DNA of 32,000 nt from Thiotrichaceae bacterium (GTDB lineage: Bacteria; Pseudomonadota; Gammaproteobacteria; Thiotrichales; Thiotrichaceae): NCBI GenBank assembly GCA_026991755.1, contig JALXAX010000064.1, positions 19,384 to 51,383 of the forward strand, read 5' to 3'. Under the pieces are notes generated by a model. That model was not told the DNA's origin and ran no database searches. It was given only the letters and a program-made list of their open reading frames with translations. A program made the translations under genes and the position numbers. Below, piece by piece: positions 20,405 to 28,384 of this stretch. Positions within the stretch are counted from its first letter, which is position 1. The number at the start of each line of letters is the position of its first letter.

Positions 20405-21448
20405 ATGATGATAGCGAAGCTAAAAACAAAACAATCAATTTCTACTCTTAGTACCCTAGTTATACTAAGTACACTTTCATTTCCTCTATCAGCGCACCAA
20501 CATGATAAGCATAAAGCAGGAATAGCCTCTCAAGAGGATGAAAAGGTAATTGCTCCTTTTGATATTGTGCATACAAAAATAACAACAGAAGGTAATGTGG
20601 CCACATTCCATATGGCTGTATCGGGTAAATCGGGGGAGAATAAGCCGACTGCAACGGGTAAATTGGCGGGAAGTAACGTTTTTTCTTATGTCTGGCCAAC
20701 TACTCTGGATAGCTACGATGTAGGTTTTGAGAAAAAAGCAGGAATATTAGCACTAGTACTCCAGCAACTTAGGTTTGATGGATACAGAGCAATCCAAAGC
20801 GCTCAAGACAAGGCATGGGTTGCAGGCAATGGTTGTTCCCTTGGCAAGACCCATAACGCAGTATTGAGCGCTTTGGGTTGCTCCCTTCGGGCGAGCCAGG
20901 AAGCGGTCATCCGCGTTGTTGCGCCTTTTGTGAAGGGAACAACCATTCCCTGCAAGACGCGCCTAGCGGCTAACCGCTTCCTGACTCGCTGTATTCATCA
21001 AACCTAACTTGTTGGAGTACTAGCAGTAACTGCACACCCTGATTTTGATGACACACCGTTGTTCGATGAAAATGGTGATAACAATACAGATAACGATGGT
21101 AATGTATGGCATAGCCATTGGGTAGTTTTACAGCCTAACAAGAGATGTGGCAAAGATGCTTTAGGCGTGGTCGATATTCCAAAAGGTAGTAAACCAAGAT
21201 TACCCAAAACATGGCCAGGCTTGCCAATTCTTCTGGATAGCCCAGGCTGGAATCCCACATTTGCTAAAGATACCGTTGAAGTGCGAGTTCCTTTTGAGAA
21301 TATTGGAGCCGTTAAATCAATGAGTTTTGATGGCGTTACAGCAGGTTTACGCGTTAATCAGAGTGTACATGCTCCATTGCTATGCGTTGTTAACGTGATG
21401 GATATAGCTTCGGGTGATCTGAGCTTGTCAGGTAAAGTGGATCAATAA
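20405..21448 (+). pseudogene. secreted protein of unknown function, interrupted in frame by a 263-bp inverted-repeat element
   Basis: N-terminal signal peptide (KLKTKQSISTLSTLVILSTLSFPLSA). ORFs 20405..21007 and 21059..21448 share one frame. Removing 267 nt restores ...AGILALAVTAHPDFDDTPLFDENGD... as a 258-aa ORF. Confidence 0.75.
20757..21019. mobile_element. 263-bp non-autonomous TIR element (MITE-like), CTAG-flanked
   Basis: 31-nt terminal inverted repeats match 28/31 (TACTCCAGCAACTTAGGTTTGATGGATACAG vs rc TACTCCAACAAGTTAGGTTTGATGAATACAG). CTAG on both sides (20753-56, 21020-23). No transposase ORF. Core is about 57% GC by hand count. Confidence 0.75.
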
Positions 21449-21458
21449 CGCTAAGCTA

Positions 21459-21495
21459 CTCTTCACATGTAGTCGTTATGATTACATGTGAAGAG
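21459..21495 (+). terminator. 13-bp perfect stem-loop after the secreted-protein gene
   Basis: CTCTTCACATGTA-(11 nt)-TACATGTGAAGAG starts 11 nt after the stop. The T-run (TTTTT) lies about 14 nt downstream, so the geometry is atypical. Confidence 0.5.
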
Positions 21496-21544
21496 GGTAT
21501 GGGTTGAGTTTTTCCTAAGTTCTGAATAAGAAATATTCAGCTAG

Positions 21545-21702
21545 GAGGCTGTCTTAGAACTAGAAGCGTAGCGAAAAACACAAGAGCATCATAAGCTGCG
21601 TATATTGAATGAGGCGAATAGTTGTTCTATTTAACGATTTCAATATGCCCAGCTTATGATGTTCATGGGATTTGCAGTAATTTCTTAGTTCTAAGACAGC
21701 TT
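21545..21702. mobile_element. 158-bp palindromic element flanked by CTAG (MITE-like), abutting the dnr stop codon
   Basis: Ends GAGGCTGTCTTAGAACTA / rc GAAGCTGTCTTAGAACTA. Internal arms pair again at CATCATAAGCTGCGTATATTGAA / TTCAATATGCCCAGCTTATGATG. CTAG at 21541-44 and 21703-06. Confidence 0.6.
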
Positions 21703-22392
21703 CTAGATAGACACAATACGTCGCAACTCTGCAGGGTTATTTAATACAAGGTGAGTATTGTGTATCTCCAATAAACCTTGCTGAGAAAGGCCTTTTAGTG
21801 TGCGAGAGAAGGTTTCTGGGGTGATTGAAATACGCGAGGCAATAACATTTTTAGGGAGCGAGAGATTAATTTCAATCGGTGTTTCTCTCTCCTCAGGAAT
21901 ACCTTCCAGTAAATAGCTAATCAGTCGATAACTTGCGTTGTGCAGGCTTAAGCGATCCAGCTCTGTCATTAGCCAATGTATGCGTACACTAAGTGCTGCC
22001 ATTACTTTAAAACAAACTTCGGGTGAATGTTGTAAGGTTTTAATATAGGTTTCTGCATTGATCCGTAAGACAACAGAATCAGATAAAGCTTCTGCGTTAA
22101 CAGGATAACCTGGTATGCCTCGAAAAATGATGGCTTCGGCAAAGGTATTTCCTTGATGAATAATATCGACGACTTTCTCAGCACCCTCAAAAGACAATAA
22201 ACTCAGTTTGACTTTGCCACTGATCAGGAAAAAAAAGTCAGTAGCAGGCTGCTGTTGTTGGAATAACATTTCATCGGAGGTTAACTCACATAATGTGGTG
22301 TGTGTGACAACTTGAAGGAAATCCTCTTCAGTTAGGTCCTTGAACAAAGGGTTCTTCCTCATTATCTCCTGATATTTGATATCAACTCGCAT
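21703..22392 (-). CDS. dnr: Crp/Fnr-family regulator, Dnr/NnrR-like (no N-terminal Cys cluster)
   Basis: cNMP-binding-like beta-roll (FLISGKVKLSLLSFEGAEKVV) and C-terminal HTH VIASRISITPETFSRTLKGL with the E--SR recognition motif. Lacks FNR-type Cys residues. Located next to norCB. Confidence 0.8.
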   Translation of the reverse strand: MRVDIKYQEIMRKNPLFKDLTEEDFLQVVTHTTLCELTSDEMLFQQQQPATDFFFLISGKVKLSLLSFEGAEKVVDIIHQGNTFAEAIIFRGIPGYPVNAEALSDSVVLRINAETYIKTLQHSPEVCFKVMAALSVRIHWLMTELDRLSLHNASYRLISYLLEGIPEERETPIEINLSLPKNVIASRISITPETFSRTLKGLSQQGLLEIHNTHLVLNNPAELRRIVSI

Positions 22393-22566
22393 TATGTCCC
22401 CTTGTTAGTCTGTCTATTTTCATTTAAATCACGCTTTTAACTCCTTTAGGAATCTTTGAATAAGTCGGTGGAATTTCTCGAAGCTGAAATTGTTCAGTTT
22501 TTGCATCGAGAAAACCGTTCGTGACTTGTTCAGAGGTTCCTTTATGGAGGCTGGTCAAATCTAATC

Positions 22567-22608
22567 TTGACGAACATCAAGGACGTTGTCTACTGCAAAG
22601 ACTAGAGT
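22567..22608 (+). promoter_or_regulatory. FNR/Dnr box plus -10 for norCB (class II geometry)
   Basis: TTGAC-GAAC-ATCAA (22567-80; consensus TTGAT-N4-ATCAA), then 22 nt, then TAGAGT (22603-08), about 38 nt before the norC ATG. Confidence 0.7.
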
Positions 22609-22645
22609 GCATGTTCACAATAACATTTAATCAGTGAGGAATGCT

Positions 22646-23083
22646 ATGAGAGAAACCTTTACTAAGGGCATGGCTCGAAATATTTACTATGGTGGTGGTG
22701 TTTTCTTCTTCCTAGTATTAATCGGTCTTACGGTCGATACCGTTGTCAGCCTACCTAAAACAGATAATTCTGAGAATCTAACCGAACAAGTCGCTGCTGG
22801 AAAGCGCTTATGGGAACGTAATGATTGCATTGGTTGCCATACGTTACTAGGGGAGGGGGCTTATTTTGCGCCTGAGCTTGGAAATGTATATACCCGTTTC
22901 GGAGAAAGTACCGAAGCTATCAAGGGCTTTATCAAAAGTCGGCCAAAAAATGGTATTCCTAACCGTCGCAGCATGCCTCAGTTCAACTTTACTGATGAAG
23001 AATTAGAAGCACTTGCGCAATTCCTGAAATACTCGGATGGCATTAAAACTGCCAGAGACTGGCCACCCAATATACAAGGTTAG
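22646..23083 (+). CDS. norC: nitric oxide reductase subunit C (monohaem c)
   Basis: TM anchor IYYGGGVFFFLVLIGL and CIGCH haem-c motif followed by LLGEGAYFAPEL. ATG 22646 is preferred over the track's GTG 22634 because GAGGA lies 5 nt upstream. Confidence 0.92.
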   Translation: MRETFTKGMARNIYYGGGVFFFLVLIGLTVDTVVSLPKTDNSENLTEQVAAGKRLWERNDCIGCHTLLGEGAYFAPELGNVYTRFGESTEAIKGFIKSRPKNGIPNRRSMPQFNFTDEELEALAQFLKYSDGIKTARDWPPNIQG

Positions 23084-23109
23084 AGGGGCGTTTTTGGTTG
23101 CTTTTATAA

Positions 23110-24558
<1,449 letters not shown>

Positions 24559-24680
24559 CTAACACTAGAAAGCACAAAGAGAATGACAATGTAGTCGGAC
24601 AGCGCAATTGCTTCCGACTACCCCAAGTTATTAACCTCACTATCAACTTTTTGGAGTAGCAAAAGTAAACATCAAGGATT

Positions 24681-24727
24681 ATCCTCTCTCCTCTTCCTCC
24701 TACCTATATGGAGGGAGGATTTTTTTA
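24681..24727 (+). terminator. rho-independent terminator downstream of norB
   Basis: Pyrimidine-rich arm (ATCCTCTCTCC / TCTTCCTCC) pairs with GGAGGGAGGAT, followed by a T7 run (24720-26). Confidence 0.65.
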
Positions 24728-24743
24728 CAGACAAAAAAATCTC

Positions 24744-25112
24744 ATGAGATCAACTAATAAAATACCGCTACAACGTGCATCAAACGCAGCACTCGCTTCG
24801 TTATTGAATCTTACTTTGTTGCCTGTCTTAGGCTTTGCGTATTTGATCTTTACCTTCAAGAAAACAGATCCGGACGGTATAGATCGTTATCACACGATTC
24901 TGGGTATAAAGATTAATATTATTGCTGCCACAGTGTTGTTAGTAGTCAGTGGTTTAATGATTTTTTTTGGAGGCTTCGATTCGCCCTGGACATGGGTTTA
25001 TGTTATTTCCTATTTCACCATCGTACATACGGTCTTTATTGTATTTGCAATATGGGCGCTGGTTCGCGCATGGTCAGGTGAGAAGTTACGTAGTAGTTTT
25101 ACAAAAACATGA
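24744..25112 (+). CDS. small integral membrane protein (about 3 TM helices)
   Basis: ORF track starts at 24708, but that ATG lies inside the terminator stem, so ATG 24744 (MRSTNKIPLQ...) is preferred. Hydrophobic segments LLNLTLLPVLGFAYLIFTF, IIAATVLLVVSGLMIFFGG and VYVISYFTIVHTVFIVFAIWALV. Confidence 0.55.
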   Translation: MRSTNKIPLQRASNAALASLLNLTLLPVLGFAYLIFTFKKTDPDGIDRYHTILGIKINIIAATVLLVVSGLMIFFGGFDSPWTWVYVISYFTIVHTVFIVFAIWALVRAWSGEKLRSSFTKT

Positions 25113-25130
25113 AATATTCTTTATTACCGC

Positions 25131-25544
25131 ATGATCTCCCGTATGAATAGTACAAAAGCGATTATTGCTGGCATCATATTTATCATCGTTGCGACCCTTT
25201 TAATACAGCTTGCCTATCTATTTGTAGCGGTGGGCTATAATTCCCTTGAAAAAGATTACCCCTTCTTAAAAGAAATCAGCGGAATCTTCAGATACCTCGT
25301 AGCAATTCCTGTCTTCATAGGCGTCATGTTTGTTGGTGGGTATATAACTGCTGCAATTGCTAAAAGCAAGACGTTAAGCCGCACTCTAATGCATTGCATG
25401 GTAGTGGGTGTAGTGACTATAGGGGGAACTATGTGGCTTGCCTTAGAAAATGCAAATCTAACTTTAACAGGAATTATTGTAAATACATTAATGATGCTTG
25501 CAACCATTACAGGTGGACTGTGGTTTAGAAAAACCGCCAACTGA
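25131..25544 (+). CDS. integral membrane protein (4 predicted TM helices), unknown function
   Basis: 137-aa ORF with four hydrophobic stretches (AIIAGIIFIIVATLLIQLAYLFVAV, YLVAIPVFIGVMFVGGYITAAIA, HCMVVGVVTIGGTMWLAL, GIIVNTLMMLATITGGLW). Confidence 0.6.
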   Translation: MISRMNSTKAIIAGIIFIIVATLLIQLAYLFVAVGYNSLEKDYPFLKEISGIFRYLVAIPVFIGVMFVGGYITAAIAKSKTLSRTLMHCMVVGVVTIGGTMWLALENANLTLTGIIVNTLMMLATITGGLWFRKTAN

Positions 25545-25694
25545 TAATTTCTGTTTGCTAACAAAATAAGGCTTAATGTGCATAGCTGGTAAGCCAATCG
25601 GTGTTCTAGTCAGATTGAAGTAGTTTATAAAAGCGCTTTTTGAACTTAAGCAGGTGTATTTTGCTAAATACAGGGAGTCTTTGCGCGAAAAGAT

Positions 25695-25859
25695 ATGACG
25701 AATAAAAGTGGCTTGACGACTATTCCCTTTTTAGCGGAAATAATAAAGGGAATTACGCTTTTCTCTCTCTCCCCATTCTTTAGTGAAAAAGCTTACCTGG
25801 AAAATTTGGAATATCTCGCAGTGCTAGTAGCTATTTACAGCTTCATTGTCGTTGACTAG
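25695..25859 (+). CDS. candidate 54-aa small ORF (copy 1 of a duplicated module)
   Basis: Hand-translated: MTNKSGLTTIPFLAEIIKGITLFSLSPFFSEKAYLENLEYLAVLVAIYSFIVVD*. Its leader and N-terminus recur at 26161-26184. Weak SD. Absent from the track (under 60 aa). Confidence 0.25.
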   Translation: MTNKSGLTTIPFLAEIIKGITLFSLSPFFSEKAYLENLEYLAVLVAIYSFIVVD

Positions 25860-26175
25860 CTAGTGCTTCATAGCAACTTCTAATATCTTCTAGTTGTTAA
25901 TAACGTATAACTTTCTACATATTATTTAAGCGTGAAGTAGTTAAAGCCTTGCTTCTAAGTCCCATATGCTCTTTCGTGCCCTTCGACTCCGCTTGGGGTT
26001 GCGAAGCATAATCTACTCCTTGTGGAGTTGAGGGTGTGGTGAATAATAAATAGTAGATAGGGTTTAAAAAAAACCACAAAGAACAATGAGTACGCTGAAA
26101 CCCGTTGTGACTTGGAGAGGTATCAATTAGGTTTCAATGTCCTTTGTGGTTAAAAGAGACCTTTGCCCGAAAGAT

Positions 26176-26388
26176 ATGACGGATTTAGCGTAATTTTCTC
26201 TATTTTTGCTAAAAAAGAGGGTAATAGCCAAGCTATTGGCCGAATTTTTAGCAGAAATAGAGGGAATTCAAGCCATTTTTAGTGAGCTTGCCGTTTTATC
26301 AAAACGGTCAACTCAATTATTAAGCTTGCTCATTTTTCTATCGCCATCCTTTCATGCAAAGGCCTCTAAAAGATTAACTATTGTTTAG
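26176..26388 (+). pseudogene. diverged second copy of the small-ORF module with in-frame TAA at codon 6
   Basis: ATG ACG GAT TTA GCG TAA, then the same frame continues as the track ORF 26206..26388. FLAEIEGIQAIFS and LSPSFHAKA parallel FLAEIIKGITLFS and LSPFFSEKA of copy 1. The 3' end overlaps the nirT stop region. Confidence 0.2.
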
Positions 26389-28201
26389 TTGCATTTACCT
26401 CTACCTGATCATTATCAAAGCCTAGTTTGTAACCTAGTGATACATGGTGGTATCGTCCATTGGTGTGATCATCATGGATGGCAAAGCCAAAGTTATACAC
26501 TTTATCCATTTTCATACTGACATCACCAGCCTTGTCTGATTTCAACTTTCGTGTGAGCTCCACAACCCAGGTATCACCATTAAGTGATGCGGTAAAACCA
26601 GTGCCTTGTCCGCCTTCCATAGAACGCTCAGCAAGAATATGTCCATCTTCACTTTCATTTTTACCCAACTTGAAGCGAATAATATCCATATAGTGACCTG
26701 CACTCATTTCAGTTGCTATTTCATCATCTGTTTTGCGTTTGTCCCAGCCACCTCGTTTTTTACCACGACGGCCTTTAACCTCAATCTTGGTACGACTTTC
26801 ACCAATATATTTAGTCACTTTAGTATCTGCAGGTGCATGAGGCATTCCATTTGCATCGTGGTGGCAAGTTCCCCAACAGCCTGCTTGTTTGGCATATTGA
26901 ACGTCGTCTGTAGCAAACATAATGGCTAATTTAACAGGGTTGTCAGCATCCATTTTTCCACCGTCTACAAAAGGCACGGGCGTATGTTCAGTATTCTCCC
27001 ATTCGAATCGCATATACAAGTTGTCATTATCATGGCTAGCTTGAACGATAACGGGGATACTGCCACGTTTACCAGGTATCAATGTTTCTTGAGGTTCTAG
27101 CTTTTCACCGGTCACAATTTTTTCACCCATCTTAGCGGTTTCTTTATCGTGACAATTGAAGCACCGATCTCCCAACTTTACAAAGGGACGCGCACCACCG
27201 TGGTCTTTACCCGTGAGCATCCATTCCATAGAAGCTTGTCCTGGGTAAAATAGGGTGATTTCTCTACTGGGAACAGTGCCCCAGTTAATGTTGCTTGAAG
27301 GGGGGGTAGTTGAAGGAGTAGCAGTGGGAGTTACTTCACTGGTACTAGAGCTAGGGGTTGCTGATAAAGGCTCTGAAGCAACCGAGGGTGCAGCTACAAC
27401 AGCAGTTGCCAATGCAGCTTTTACCGCTTTATCAATACGCTCTTGAGTTGCGATTTCGGCATTCTTTTTCTTTTCTCTTAATTTGGCTTTTTCTTTAGCC
27501 GCTTTTTCTTCAGCCTCTTTCTCTTGCTGTGCAACCTGTTTCATACCGTCTAGATACATTTTTGGGACTTCACGTATGAAGGCAGGGTTGGGTTTTTCCA
27601 ATTCCTCAAGCTCTTCATCAGTGAGTTGATCACGAATATTTTTATGAGCAATCCCTTTATGACAATCAATACAGGTCTGTCCTGTTTCAAAGGCATTTAA
27701 ATGCTGTTTACGAGCGCGAGGTTTTTGAAAGACAGGGTTCATGGATTCAAAGTTATGGCAGTTACGGCATTCACGTGAATCCGTTTCCTTCATGGATTTC
27801 CATACATGTTTTGCTAGAGTAAGGCGCTTTTGGTTGAATTTTTCAGGCGTATCAATAGTACCTAGTACCTTATGCAAAACCTCGTTACTAGCTTGCACCT
27901 TACGGACCATTTTGTGAATCCAGGGTTTGGGTACATGGCAATCAGAACAGGTAGCTCGTACACCGCTTCGGTTAGAATGGTGAATACTGGGTTTGTATTC
28001 CTGATAGACGTTTTCTTCCATTTCATGACAAGAAGTACAGAACTCCAGGGTGTTAGTGGCTTCCATGGCTGTATTGAATCCACCCCAGAAAATAACGCCC
28101 AGCATGAAAAATAATAGTGCAGCACTCATCGTGATGTTTTTTGTAACTCGACGTGAGAAAAAGCCGAACTTTTTAGTGGTTGCGGAGGTGTTAGTTGCCA
28201 T
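26378..28201 (-). CDS. nirT: NapC/NirT-family tetrahaem cytochrome c fused to a C-terminal NirB / EB_dh-like haem domain
   Basis: N-terminal TM anchor plus four CxxCH (CTSCH, CSDCH, CRNCH, CIDCH) in NirT spacing. Residues about 215-305 form a Lys/Glu-rich then Ala/Ser/Thr/Pro-rich linker. The C-terminal ~300 aa carry CFNCH and CWGTCH (CX3CH). GGAGA SD lies 7 nt upstream. Directly downstream of nirS. Confidence 0.85.
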   Translation of the reverse strand: MATNTSATTKKFGFFSRRVTKNITMSAALLFFMLGVIFWGGFNTAMEATNTLEFCTSCHEMEENVYQEYKPSIHHSNRSGVRATCSDCHVPKPWIHKMVRKVQASNEVLHKVLGTIDTPEKFNQKRLTLAKHVWKSMKETDSRECRNCHNFESMNPVFQKPRARKQHLNAFETGQTCIDCHKGIAHKNIRDQLTDEELEELEKPNPAFIREVPKMYLDGMKQVAQQEKEAEEKAAKEKAKLREKKKNAEIATQERIDKAVKAALATAVVAAPSVASEPLSATPSSSTSEVTPTATPSTTPPSSNINWGTVPSREITLFYPGQASMEWMLTGKDHGGARPFVKLGDRCFNCHDKETAKMGEKIVTGEKLEPQETLIPGKRGSIPVIVQASHDNDNLYMRFEWENTEHTPVPFVDGGKMDADNPVKLAIMFATDDVQYAKQAGCWGTCHHDANGMPHAPADTKVTKYIGESRTKIEVKGRRGKKRGGWDKRKTDDEIATEMSAGHYMDIIRFKLGKNESEDGHILAERSMEGGQGTGFTASLNGDTWVVELTRKLKSDKAGDVSMKMDKVYNFGFAIHDDHTNGRYHHVSLGYKLGFDNDQVEVNATKQ

Positions 28202-28303
28202 GAATAGATCTCCTCAAAGCGGTTTATGAAATAACGGTTAGCGCTGTTTAGCGCTTTGCCGTTACTTTAGAAACAACTCTTCTGTATGTCTTACACTTAA
28301 AGT

Positions 28304-28374
28304 GTGGGTGCAGAATAAAGACTAATCTGCACCCACGGTTATATCTGGAACACGGAGCTGTGTGTTTCAGATAT
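28304..28374 (-). terminator. two intercistronic stem-loops between nirS and nirT (attenuator or mRNA-stabiliser candidates)
   Basis: GTGGGTGCAGA-(11 nt)-TCTGCACCCAC (28304-36) and ATATCTGGAACAC-(8 nt)-GTGTTTCAGATAT (28341-74, 12/13). Neither has a clean U-tract. Confidence 0.4.
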
Positions 28375-28384
28375 TGGTGTGGCG

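Noticed and set aside
20757-21019. Reading the 263-bp insert as a small self-splicing group I intron (in-frame length, highly structured, pseudoknot-like)
   Set aside because: Perfect terminal inverted repeats plus CTAG on both sides are the signature of transposition, not of group I introns. Helices of 17-23 bp are far longer than group I P-elements, and I could not identify a P7/G-binding core. The idea is kept only as something RT-PCR should exclude.
20757-21258. C-terminal 80 aa of ORF 20405..21007, ORF 21004..21258(-) and ORF 20460..20699(-) as genuine coding sequence
   Set aside because: The first is read-through into the inserted element, ending at an element-internal TAA. The other two are antisense to the (pseudo)gene and lack any support.
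24708-24743. Track start codon ATG 24708 for the membrane-protein ORF
   Set aside because: That ATG lies within the stem of the norB terminator (CCTCC..tATGGAGGGAGGATTTTTTT). The downstream ATG 24744 is more plausible, though neither has a strong SD.
26191-26193. In-frame TAA in small-ORF copy 2 as programmed read-through or recoding
   Set aside because: No recoding signal is recognisable. Divergence of the copy and the inverted-motif insertion right after the stop fit decay better.
27770-27779. TTCACGTGAA, the central 10 bp of the parS consensus (TGTTNCACGTGAAACA), inside the nirT coding region
   Set aside because: Flanks do not match (about 11/16 overall), it is far from parAB, and a short palindrome like this is expected by chance. 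I found no full parS in the window by eye.
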